Origin: an uncultured Eubacteriales bacterium
Lineage (GTDB): Bacteria; Bacillota; Clostridia; Oscillospirales; CAG-272
NCBI GenBank assembly: GCA_934474225.1
Contig: CAKSLU010000003.1
Coordinates: 24,691 to 88,690, forward strand
DNA: 64,000 bases
Direction: 5' to 3'
Below, in pieces: positions 8,997-17,883 of the stretch (its first letter is position 1; each line of letters starts with the position of its first letter). A program made the position numbers and the translations under genes. Below the pieces are notes generated by a model. That model searched no databases and had not been told where the DNA came from. It was given only the letters and a program-made list of their open reading frames with translations.

Positions 8997-11612
8997 ATGA
9001 AAAGGAAAGTGTGTAAAGCGCTGCTCATCGCGGCGGCAGCGTTTGCCCTTGCGGCGGCGCTCTGCGCCGCGGCAGCGGCAGCGGCTGCGGTCTATTATCT
9101 GCAGGACGGCGGGAGCGGCGACGGCTCGACCCCTGCGCTTGCGGGCGGCTCACTTGCCGATGCCTATGCGGCGCTGCCAAACGGCGGCACCGTGGTCGTC
9201 TGCGGTCCGTTCTCGCTCAGCAAGGCGTTCACCGCGCCGTCGCACACAAAGCCGATCATCATTACAAGCGTGTACGGCGGCAAAGACTATGCCGCAGGCG
9301 GCGCGCACATGGCCTTCAAAGACAACTTCTACTGCGGCGGCGACACCACCTTTGAACACATCACCGTGTCGGCGGTGGGCACCTATCTGTCCATCTTCGG
9401 CAACAACCATGCGCTCACGCTCGGCGAGGGCATCACCACGGTGAAAAACGGGAACAGCCAGTACCTCTCGGTCATGGGCGGCTCGCGCAATACCTACAGC
9501 GGCGCAGCATCGAACCTCACCATTGCGAGCGGTACATGGCAGCGCGTGCGCGGCGGCACGGCAGCGTCCGGCAGCAAGGATTACCGCATTCATCTGACGG
9601 TGGAGGGCGGTACCTTCATCGAGCGGCTCACGCTCGGCGACAGCGGCGCGCATGACGGCGACATTGCGGCGGAGATTCACGGCGGCACCTTCCGCCAGGG
9701 CATCTTTGCCGCCACGCTGTCCTCGTCGGCAGAGCGCTTCTCCGGCAAGGTTTCGCTGCACATCGACGGCGGCGTTTTCTACGGCAGAATCGCACCTGCC
9801 GCATCGGCCGATGGCAGCTACAGCGGCAGTTTTGATGTGACTGTGGACGGCGGCGAATTTGCGCACCTGGTCGAGCTTGCGGGCAGCGCGGGACTTAGCG
9901 GCGGCATGACCTCGTCGCTGAGGAGCAGCATCGACATGACCGAGAAGGAGACCGGCACCTACACCTTCCAAAACTATGTCCGCGCCGACGGCGCAGACCC
10001 GTGGCTCTTCTACAAGGATGGCTACTATTACTATACCTCCACCACAAACAAGGCGGAGGTCAAGCTCGTCCGCGTTGCCAACATCGGCGACCTCATCTAT
10101 TCGGGCGGCACCACCATCTACAAGCCCGAGGCGGGCAAGCCCTGGTCGGACAGCTCCTGGTCGCCCGAGATTCACTATTACACCGATGCAGAGATCGGCA
10201 CGGGCAACGGCGGCTGGTACTGCTATCTTGCGGGCGCGGACAAAAGTGCTGTGGATACTTCCGGCATCGCCACGCACCGCATGTATGTCATCAAGTGCCT
10301 CGACGGCGACAATCTGCTCGGCCGCTGGGGCAACCCGCTGACCGGTGAGGTCAATGTGCCGCTCCGCGTCACCGCACCGGATATGCCCGGCTTTGACGAT
10401 GTGTGGGCGGCGGGCATGACCGACATCCGCATCGGCGGCAAGGTGTACACCATGTATGTCACGGTGGCGGACGACGGCGGAAAGAAGCACCAGACCATCA
10501 ACATCCTGCCGATGACCAATCCGTGGACGCTCTCCGGCACCTCCAAGGTCATCTGCGAGCCGGAATACGACTGGGAGATCGGCAACCATAAGAAGCTCTA
10601 CATCGTGGAGTGCGGCACGCCGGTCTACGCGGCGGACGGCAGCATCTTTATTGTTTATTCCGCCTGCGGTTATTCCACCCCGGACTATAAGCTCGGGCAG
10701 ATGCAGTATCTCGGCGGCGACCCGACCGAGAAGGCAAACTGGAAGAAGTGGGACGCGCCGATCCTGTCGAAATCTTCGCAGATCAGCGGCTGCGGCAGCG
10801 CATGCTATGTCACCGATACGGCAGGGCAGAGCTGGATCTGCTACAACGCCTATCTCAGCGCGAATGCGGTCGGCGCACGGCATGCTTTTGTCGAGCCGTA
10901 TACCGCCACGGCGGCGGGCGGCGTGGTCATCGGCAGCGGCACGCAGCAGCCTGCCGACATCGACACGGTCTATACCGCGGCGCTCAATCCGATGCCGCTG
11001 GCGGACAAGACCATCGGCTTTGACCGCGTGCAAAACGGCACGGGGAAGAACCGTTTCCCGTCCGTCCGCGACTACGGCGGCTTTACGGACGTGCAGAGCG
11101 GCGACTGGTTTTATACCTATGTGCGCGATGCCTACCGCATCGGGCTTGTGAGCGGAACGAGTGCGACGAAGTTCTCGCCCGACGGCAGCTTTACCGTTGC
11201 ACAGGCGCTGACCACGGCGGCAAACATCCATACCATCTACAACGGCAAGACGGTGAATACCGCAGGCGCAAAGAATTGGTATGAACCCTATGTGGACTAC
11301 TGCATCGCAAACGGCATTATCAAAGCAGGGCAGTTTGCGGACTACAACGCAGCGATCACGCGCGGCGATATGGCTATCGTCTTTGCAAACATCCTGCCCG
11401 AGGGCGAATATGCGGCTGTCCGGGACGGCTCGAATCCCGACGTGACGAGCAATCTTGCTTGCTATGCGGCAGTACAGAAGCTGTATAACGCAGGTATCGT
11501 CGGCGGCGACGCCGGCACGGGCAACTATCGCCCGAACGACGGCATCAAGCGCAGCGAGGCATGCGTCATTTTCCTGCGCCTTGCGCGCGCGTCCGCCCGC
11601 GCCGGAAAGTAA
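8997..11612 (+). CDS. cell-surface protein: signal peptide - beta-helix-like module - GH43-like domain - 3 SLH repeats
   Basis: RBS AAGGAG precedes the start. The signal peptide is followed by the module signature VYYLQDGGSGDGS...GGTVVVCGP...ITSVYGGKDY...TTFEHI. GH43-like motifs are GADPWLFYKDGYYYY, WSPEIHYY and IVECGTPVY. The C-terminal SLH triplet reads FTDV...WFYTYVRDAYRIGLVSG, NWYEPYVDYCIANGII, CYAAVQKLYNAGIVGGD. Confidence 0.8.
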   Translation: MKRKVCKALLIAAAAFALAAALCAAAAAAAAVYYLQDGGSGDGSTPALAGGSLADAYAALPNGGTVVVCGPFSLSKAFTAPSHTKPIIITSVYGGKDYAAGGAHMAFKDNFYCGGDTTFEHITVSAVGTYLSIFGNNHALTLGEGITTVKNGNSQYLSVMGGSRNTYSGAASNLTIASGTWQRVRGGTAASGSKDYRIHLTVEGGTFIERLTLGDSGAHDGDIAAEIHGGTFRQGIFAATLSSSAERFSGKVSLHIDGGVFYGRIAPAASADGSYSGSFDVTVDGGEFAHLVELAGSAGLSGGMTSSLRSSIDMTEKETGTYTFQNYVRADGADPWLFYKDGYYYYTSTTNKAEVKLVRVANIGDLIYSGGTTIYKPEAGKPWSDSSWSPEIHYYTDAEIGTGNGGWYCYLAGADKSAVDTSGIATHRMYVIKCLDGDNLLGRWGNPLTGEVNVPLRVTAPDMPGFDDVWAAGMTDIRIGGKVYTMYVTVADDGGKKHQTINILPMTNPWTLSGTSKVICEPEYDWEIGNHKKLYIVECGTPVYAADGSIFIVYSACGYSTPDYKLGQMQYLGGDPTEKANWKKWDAPILSKSSQISGCGSACYVTDTAGQSWICYNAYLSANAVGARHAFVEPYTATAAGGVVIGSGTQQPADIDTVYTAALNPMPLADKTIGFDRVQNGTGKNRFPSVRDYGGFTDVQSGDWFYTYVRDAYRIGLVSGTSATKFSPDGSFTVAQALTTAANIHTIYNGKTVNTAGAKNWYEPYVDYCIANGIIKAGQFADYNAAITRGDMAIVFANILPEGEYAAVRDGSNPDVTSNLACYAAVQKLYNAGIVGGDAGTGNYRPNDGIKRSEACVIFLRLARASARAGK

Positions 11613-11616
11613 ATCG

Positions 11617-11643
11617 AAAAGTCCGCCTTCGGGCGGACTTTTT
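11617..11643 (+). terminator. intrinsic terminator
   Basis: AAAAGTCCGCCttcgGGCGGACTTTTTTG directly after the stop at 11612. Confidence 0.8.
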
Positions 11644-11666
11644 GCGCAAGTGTTTTGCGCATGTGA

Positions 11667-11695
11667 TTGACTTTTCCATCCACATTTAGTATAAT
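11667..11695 (+). promoter_or_regulatory. sigma-A-type promoter for wecB
   Basis: TTGACT (11667-11672), a 17-nt spacer, then TATAAT (11690-11695), 27 nt upstream of the wecB ATG. Confidence 0.65.
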
Positions 11696-11722
11696 AGAGA
11701 AAAATGTGCGCGGAGGAATACC

Positions 11723-12817
11723 ATGAAGAAGGTCATGCTGGTCTTCGGGACGCGACCCGAAGCAATTAAAATGTGCCCGCTCGTCAACGAGCTGAAAAAA
11801 CGTCCCGAGGTGCAGACGGTGGTCTGCGTTACAGGACAGCACCGCGAGATGCTGGATGCCGTGCTGCATGCATTCGGCGTCGTGCCGGATTACGACCTCG
11901 CGATTATGAAAGACAGACAGACGCTCTTTGACATCACGGTCAACATTCTGGAGCGCATCCGCGCCGTCCTCGAAGAGGTGAAGCCCGATGTCGTGCTGGT
12001 GCACGGCGACACTTCAACCACCTTCGTCACCGCGCTTGCCTGCTTCTATCTGCAGATTCCGGTCGGCCATGTCGAGGCGGGGCTGCGCACCTACAATATC
12101 TATTCGCCCTATCCCGAGGAGTTCAACCGCCAGGCGGTCAGCGTCATTGCCAAGTACAATTTTGCCCCCACCGAGCTGTCGCGCGAGAACCTGCTCCGCG
12201 AGGGCAGAAAGCCGGAGAGCATCTATGTCACCGGCAATACCGCCATCGACGCGCTGAAGACGACCGTCCGCGCTGACTATACGCACCCGGAGCTGGAATG
12301 GGCTGCGGGCAGCCGCCTCATCATGATCACGGCGCATCGCCGTGAGAACCTCGGCGAGCCGATGCACCGCATGTTCCGCGCCATCCGCCGCATCATCGAG
12401 GAGCACCCCGATGTGCGCGCCATCTATCCGATTCATATGAACCCGGTCGTCCGCGAGGAGGCAAATGCCGAGCTCGGCGGCTGTGACCGCATCCGCATCA
12501 TCGAGCCGCTCGATGTGCTTGACTTCCACAACTTCCTGTCCCGCTCGTATCTGATTCTCACCGACAGCGGCGGCATTCAGGAGGAGGCGCCCTCACTCGG
12601 CAAGCCCGTGCTGGTCATGCGCGACACCACCGAGCGCCCCGAGGGCATTGCCGCAGGCACACTGCGCCTGGTCGGCACCGAGGAGGAGACCATCTACAAA
12701 AACTTCAAGGAGCTGCTTGAAGACCGCGCCGCCTATGACAAGATGGCGCATGCGTCCAATCCGTACGGCGACGGCTTTGCCTCGGTTCGCATTGCCGACG
12801 CACTTTGTCGGGAGTAA
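11723..12817 (+). CDS. wecB: UDP-N-acetylglucosamine 2-epimerase (non-hydrolysing)
   Basis: The N-terminus MKKVMLVFGTRPEAIKMCPL and the motifs HGDTSTT, HVEAGLRT and SGGIQEE are characteristic. The protein is 364 aa. Confidence 0.9.
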   Translation: MKKVMLVFGTRPEAIKMCPLVNELKKRPEVQTVVCVTGQHREMLDAVLHAFGVVPDYDLAIMKDRQTLFDITVNILERIRAVLEEVKPDVVLVHGDTSTTFVTALACFYLQIPVGHVEAGLRTYNIYSPYPEEFNRQAVSVIAKYNFAPTELSRENLLREGRKPESIYVTGNTAIDALKTTVRADYTHPELEWAAGSRLIMITAHRRENLGEPMHRMFRAIRRIIEEHPDVRAIYPIHMNPVVREEANAELGGCDRIRIIEPLDVLDFHNFLSRSYLILTDSGGIQEEAPSLGKPVLVMRDTTERPEGIAAGTLRLVGTEEETIYKNFKELLEDRAAYDKMAHASNPYGDGFASVRIADALCRE

Positions 12818-12822
12818 ACGCC

Positions 12823-14040
12823 ATGACGGTCATTGAAGTGCTGGACAAGTCTTCAATCGAAAATCTGTACGCGCCGCTCAGTTACCCTGCGCGGCGCGTC
12901 GTCTATATCGGACGCGATGCGAAGGAGACCGAGCGCGAGTGCCGCGTTTACCGTGCGCTGTTTGCCGCGCGCGGCATGCAGACCGAGGTTGAGGCAGTCA
13001 CCGTCACACCGGGCAGCGGGCGTGAGATGGAGACGCTGGCGGCGCTGTTTGCAGCGCCGGACAGCTATCTTATCGACCTTGTCGGCGGCGACGAGGCGCT
13101 GCTGTTCCTGCTGGGCAGAGCGGTTGAGGTGGCAAAGCCCGCGCACGCGCTCGTACATTACGGCAGCGCGCTCACCCACCGTTTTCTCGCCGTCGGGCGG
13201 GAGCCGATGACGCTGCCGCGCGGGCGGCATCCGTCGCTCTCGGTCGCCGAGACCGTGGCGCTTCACGGCGGCAGGATTGCCAAGTGCACCGACATCGGCG
13301 CAGCGCGGCTGTCGCACGGTGAGATCCGGCAGCTGCTCCGCGATATCGACGCCATGTGGGACATCAGCCGCGGGGATTCCGCCGCGTGGAACCGAAACGC
13401 GGACGGGCTCGCCGCTTTTGAGGCGCTCGGTTGCCGCCGCGGCATGCGCTTTTCGGTGACGCAGGCGTTTGCCAGGGACAGAAAACGCGCCGATGCCTAT
13501 ATCCGCCTTCGCAACTTTCTGCCGCAACTTGCGGCGGCGGGGCTGGTCGAGGACCTTGTGATGCGGAAGGGAAGTATCTCGTTCCGCTACAAGAATGCGG
13601 GCGTGCACACCTGTCTTTGCCGTGCGGGTCTGCTCCTGGAACTGAAAATCTATCTTTCCGCCCTGCTGACCAAAGGCGCGGACGGAAAACCGCTGTTTGA
13701 CGACGCGCAGACCGGCGTCGTGCTGGACTGGGACCGCCGCACGCGCGATGCTGCCTCGGTCAATGAGATTGATGTGCTGCTCACGCGCGGCATGATTCCC
13801 ATCTTTATTTCCTGCAAGAACGGCGGGTACGGCGAGGACGAGCTCTATAAGCTTGCCGCCGTTGCCGCACGCTTCGGCGGACGGTTTGCCAAGAAGGCGC
13901 TGATTGCTACGGGCATGTCCGGCAGTCCTGCGCGCGATGCGTATTTCGCCCGCCGCGCCGCAGATATGGGCATCCGCCTGATTCCCGCCGTGCATACCAT
14001 GACGCAGGCGGAAATCTGTGCGGCGCTTGCGGCGCTGTGA
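12823..14040 (+). CDS. Card1/DUF1887-like protein (CARF-like N-domain + PD-(D/E)xK-like C-domain, motifs degenerate)
   Basis: The ATG at 12823 lies 5 nt after the wecB stop, with GGGAG inside the wecB 3' end. The N-terminal half carries DLVGGDEALLF, where I recall CARF proteins having D-x-TGG-x-K. The C-terminal half carries GLLLELKIYL ... NEIDVLLTRGMIPIFISCKNG, which resembles the Card1-type G..E / D-x13-ExK nuclease signature but has Ser in place of Glu. Confidence 0.45.
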   Translation: MTVIEVLDKSSIENLYAPLSYPARRVVYIGRDAKETERECRVYRALFAARGMQTEVEAVTVTPGSGREMETLAALFAAPDSYLIDLVGGDEALLFLLGRAVEVAKPAHALVHYGSALTHRFLAVGREPMTLPRGRHPSLSVAETVALHGGRIAKCTDIGAARLSHGEIRQLLRDIDAMWDISRGDSAAWNRNADGLAAFEALGCRRGMRFSVTQAFARDRKRADAYIRLRNFLPQLAAAGLVEDLVMRKGSISFRYKNAGVHTCLCRAGLLLELKIYLSALLTKGADGKPLFDDAQTGVVLDWDRRTRDAASVNEIDVLLTRGMIPIFISCKNGGYGEDELYKLAAVAARFGGRFAKKALIATGMSGSPARDAYFARRAADMGIRLIPAVHTMTQAEICAALAAL

Positions 14041-14507
14041 CGCTTTGCGGAAATCCCGGGATAAACAAAAAAACGCCGTTTGCAGTCGCTTTGCCGATAG
14101 GGCGTAATACCTGATATAAAAGCCGCGCGGCGTGCGAAAACGCTTTGCGCGGTTTTTTTCTGCTTCCGCGCTTTATTAAATCTAAAATGATATAATTTTG
14201 GTACGGGACGCCATGCATGTTTTGAAAACGGGGAGAAATCGTTTATTTATGTGGAATCACACCGCCGCAAACCGCATAACTCCGTCGATTTCCGACTTTT
14301 TCCGTATTTTTATCACGGCTGATTTTTAGATTTTCGCATGTTGCACAAAATTGCGAAAAAACAGCACAGGAAGCCGGCGTTTCCACCCACAGGCGAAAAA
14401 GTCCGCAAAGCAAGGCGTGGCAAGGGTTTGCGGCACTTTTTCGGTGAAACGAAAGTTTGTGAAGAAAAAAACATTTCGTCACATTTGACAAACATTTTGT
14501 CGATTAC

Positions 14508-14536
14508 TTGACACCAAAATGTGCAGGTGATACAAT
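14508..14536 (+). promoter_or_regulatory. sigma-A-type promoter of the ABC sugar-uptake operon
   Basis: TTGACA (14508-14513), a 17-nt spacer, then TGaTACAAT (extended -10, TACAAT at 14531-14536). The palindrome GACAAAcatTTTGTC (14487-14501) lies just upstream. Confidence 0.6.
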
Positions 14537-14618
14537 GAAATCATCAAGGAGAGCTTCTCACAAAGCTCCGCGATTGAACGGAAGACAAAATTGTAAAATC
14601 AGAAAGGGGTAAATTCAT

Positions 14619-15956
14619 ATGAAATTTACAAAAATCCTCGCGATTGCGCTTTCGCTCCTGATGGTATTCGGTATGTTCGCAGCCTGCGGCAAGACCGAGA
14701 CGGACAACACCGACCCTGTCGGCTCCTCCGACAGTCAGTCCACCGAAAAGACCGACGCACCCGAATCCAAGCCCGTCACCCTGAAGTGGGCATCCTGGGC
14801 ACTTGCGGAAGAGAAACTCTATCCGACTTATGCCGCTATGGCAAACACCTTTATGGAAGCCAACAAGGACATCACGATTGAGATGGACGGCTCCCAGGCT
14901 TACTCCACCTACCTCGATCAGCTGATCGTCTCCGCAATCGGCGGCACCGCTCCGAATGTGGCGCACATCAAGGCTGAGTGGCTGCCCCAGCTGCTGGAGA
15001 CCGGCGCGGTCAAGGCAGTTGTCGGTATCTCCGATGATGTTATGAAGGATTACTCGGCAGGCGCAATCAGCGGCGTCACGATTGACGGCGAGATGGTTGC
15101 AATGCCCTGGTTTGCAAACACCGAAGCACTGTTCTACAATAAGGCACTGCTTGAAAAGGCAGGCGTCAAGGCTGAGGACATCAAGTCCTGGGATGATCTC
15201 CTTGCAGCGGCTGAAAAGGTCAGCGCGCTCGGCGATGACATCTACGGCCTCGCATTCCCCGACAGTGAAGTTGAGACCGGTGAAGGCTACAACATCCTTC
15301 CCGCACTCTGGGCAAACGGCGGCGAATTCATGAAGGACGGTAAGGTCACGCTCGATACCGATGCAGGTATCAAGACCTACACGCAGCTGCAGGAAGTCTT
15401 TAAGAAGGGTCTCTCCCCGAAGGGCGCAACCCTGAAGGACCTCCGCAACCTGTTCGGTCAGGGCAAGATCGGCTTCTACTATGACCTCCAGGCCGTCATT
15501 TCCACCTGCGCATCCGCAGCGGCAAATGAGGAAGAGTTCTACAAGAACTTCGGCTGCATGGTCATTCCCGGCGCAGATGCAAACGGCTCCGGTTACCTCG
15601 TAACCCACCTGCTTGTCGTCTTCGACACGACCACCGATGAGCAGATGCCCGCAATGGCGAAGTTCCTTGAGCACATGTCCAGCGATATCGTTATCAACAT
15701 CCTGTACGAAGCAGGCCAGGGCAAGATGTCCAGCCGCGCAAGCGTCAATGAGAAGGTCTTTGCAAATGCCGACGAGACCACGCAGGTCTATGTTAAGGCG
15801 ATGGAGACTGCAAAGGATCTCCCCGGCACGCAGATCAGCCTCAGCGAGGCGGACACCATCATGGTCAAGGGCCTTTCGAGAATTGCAAACGGTGAGGACG
15901 TCAAGACCGTCGTCTCCGCAATGCAGACCGAGCTCCAGGCTCTTGCAGACAAGTAA
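14619..15956 (+). CDS. ABC transporter sugar-binding lipoprotein (SBP family 1)
   Basis: The lipobox is FAACGK. The 445-aa protein has typical CUT1 SBP composition and is followed by two BPD-type permeases. Confidence 0.85.
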   Translation: MKFTKILAIALSLLMVFGMFAACGKTETDNTDPVGSSDSQSTEKTDAPESKPVTLKWASWALAEEKLYPTYAAMANTFMEANKDITIEMDGSQAYSTYLDQLIVSAIGGTAPNVAHIKAEWLPQLLETGAVKAVVGISDDVMKDYSAGAISGVTIDGEMVAMPWFANTEALFYNKALLEKAGVKAEDIKSWDDLLAAAEKVSALGDDIYGLAFPDSEVETGEGYNILPALWANGGEFMKDGKVTLDTDAGIKTYTQLQEVFKKGLSPKGATLKDLRNLFGQGKIGFYYDLQAVISTCASAAANEEEFYKNFGCMVIPGADANGSGYLVTHLLVVFDTTTDEQMPAMAKFLEHMSSDIVINILYEAGQGKMSSRASVNEKVFANADETTQVYVKAMETAKDLPGTQISLSEADTIMVKGLSRIANGEDVKTVVSAMQTELQALADK

Positions 15957-16027
15957 TATCGTATGACTTGCGCCCCCTTCGGCAGGGCCGCCGAAGGGGG
16001 CGCATTTTAGAAAAACGGAGGTTAGAG

Positions 16028-17014
16028 ATGGCGATTCAAACGAAAAGTATGCCGAAAAAGCAGAACAGACTCATCGCTGCGTTCTTCCGCCGCGATGTAG
16101 AAGGAAAGTATCACATGAGTGACGGTTTCTTCGGCTTTTTGCTGACCGTACCCGCCATTCTCGTGCTGCTCACCGTTATCGCCGCGCCGATTCTCAAGGG
16201 CATTTACATGAGTTTCATGAAATATGGCCTGAAAGAGGTCAGCGGCAAGGCAGAGCCTGTGTGGAACAACTTCAAGAACTACACAGAACTGTTCCGCGCG
16301 GGCGGCATCAACGGCAATGTTGTTGACTATTTTCTGACCACGCTGAACTTTGTGTTCTGGGCGGTGCTTGTGCAGTTTGTCATCGGCCTTGCGCTGGCGC
16401 TGCTGCTGAATACCAAACTAAAGGGACGCGGCGTGTTCCGTGGGCTCTTCCTCGTCCCGTGGACGATTCCCTCGGTCGTTGTCGCACTGCTGTGGCGTCT
16501 GATGCTCAACAACAGCTACGGCATCATCAACTGGATTCTCAACAAGCTCGGCTTCATCCCGACCGCTGCGTTCGACTGGCTCAACAGCCCAAATCTGGCA
16601 CTGCCTGCGGTCGTTATCGCAGCCGTCTGGCGGCAGCTCCCCTATATGATGGTCATGCTGCTGGCAGGTCTTCAGTCCGTGGATAAGTCACAGTTGGAGG
16701 CGGCGCGCATCGACGGCGCAACCTTCATGCAGACTCTGCGGCATGTGACGCTGCCCACCATCCGCCCCGTCGTGCTCTCGTCGGTGTGGATTGCCATCAT
16801 GAACAATTTCCAGATGTATACCATCATCAACCTGATGACCGGCGGCGGACCGAGCGAGGCAACCTACACGCTCTCGATTGCGGCATATGAAAAGGCGTTC
16901 ACCGACTACAACTTCGGGCAGGGCGCGGCAATCGGCGTGATGTGGCTGGTCTTCCTCACGGTGGTCACCGTTATCATCAACAAAATCAGCGCCAAGAGCG
17001 CAGAGAATCTGTAA
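16028..17014 (+). CDS. ABC sugar transporter permease (MalF/UgpA-like)
   Basis: ATG at 16028 follows GGAGG, so the ORF-track start at 15968 was trimmed. There are multiple TM helices and an EAA-like loop (LEAARIDGATFMQTLRHVTLP). Confidence 0.85.
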   Translation: MAIQTKSMPKKQNRLIAAFFRRDVEGKYHMSDGFFGFLLTVPAILVLLTVIAAPILKGIYMSFMKYGLKEVSGKAEPVWNNFKNYTELFRAGGINGNVVDYFLTTLNFVFWAVLVQFVIGLALALLLNTKLKGRGVFRGLFLVPWTIPSVVVALLWRLMLNNSYGIINWILNKLGFIPTAAFDWLNSPNLALPAVVIAAVWRQLPYMMVMLLAGLQSVDKSQLEAARIDGATFMQTLRHVTLPTIRPVVLSSVWIAIMNNFQMYTIINLMTGGGPSEATYTLSIAAYEKAFTDYNFGQGAAIGVMWLVFLTVVTVIINKISAKSAENL

Positions 17015-17028
17015 AGGAGGGAAGCGCC

Positions 17029-17880
17029 ATGACAAGGGCAGGAAAAACCAAGAAAACAACCGTGCAGGTTGTGAAGTATCTCGTAATCGCGCTTCTCGTC
17101 TGCGTTTTGCTGTTCCCAATCTGGTGGATGCTGGTCGGCTCACTGCGCCCGTATTACACGCTCATCAGCCTGGATGATGTGGCGTTCTGGCCGAAGGACT
17201 TCACCGTTGAAAACTATGTCAAGATTTTCTCGCAGGCAAAGTACCTGCGGTATTTCGCCAACAGCTTTATCGTGTCGGGCGGCACCGTGCTCGTCACACT
17301 GCTGATTGCCATCCCCGCCGCCTATTCCTTCTCGCGTTTCAAGTTCGGCGGCAAGAGCGCGGTGCTCAGCGCCGTGCAGTCGGTGCAGATGTTCCCGATT
17401 GTGGTCATCCTGATTTCGCTCTACACCTTCTATAAGCAGTGGGGCATGCTGGATACCTACCGCGGCGTAATTTTGGCGGATGTGACCTTTGCCTTGCCGC
17501 TGTCCATCACGCTGCTCAAGTCCTTCTTCGATACCGTGCCGAATGCACTGGACGAGTCGGCGAAGATTGACGGCGCAGGCAGAATGCGCACCATGGTGCA
17601 GGTCATCCTGCCGCTGGTACTGCCGGGTCTCGTTGCCGTTGCGATTTACACCTTCCTCACCGCATGGGATGACTATCTCATGTCGCTCACGATCATCCGC
17701 ATCGACGAAAAGCGCACGCTTGCCGTCGGTCTTGCGCAGAGTTTCATGGGTGAGTACTCCAACGACTACGGCGCACTGATGGCGTTCTCGGTCGCGGGCA
17801 GTCTCCCGATTGTCCTGTTGTTCATCTTCTTCCAGAAGTACATGGTCGAAGGACTCACCGCAGGTGCAGTCAAGGGCTAA
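17029..17880 (+). CDS. ABC sugar transporter permease (MalG/UgpE-like)
   Basis: ATG at 17029 follows AAGGAGGG. The EAA loop reads LDESAKIDGAGRMRTMVQVILP. Confidence 0.85.
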   Translation: MTRAGKTKKTTVQVVKYLVIALLVCVLLFPIWWMLVGSLRPYYTLISLDDVAFWPKDFTVENYVKIFSQAKYLRYFANSFIVSGGTVLVTLLIAIPAAYSFSRFKFGGKSAVLSAVQSVQMFPIVVILISLYTFYKQWGMLDTYRGVILADVTFALPLSITLLKSFFDTVPNALDESAKIDGAGRMRTMVQVILPLVLPGLVAVAIYTFLTAWDDYLMSLTIIRIDEKRTLAVGLAQSFMGEYSNDYGALMAFSVAGSLPIVLLFIFFQKYMVEGLTAGAVKG

Positions 17881-17883
17881 AGC

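Noticed and set aside
7398-11231. Long minus-strand ORFs 7398..8897 (499 aa) and 9150..11231 (693 aa).
   Set aside because: They are antisense to the SBP-like and GH43/SLH genes, which have lipobox or signal peptide, SD sequences and clear domain motifs. Their composition is Arg/Ala/Gly-rich.
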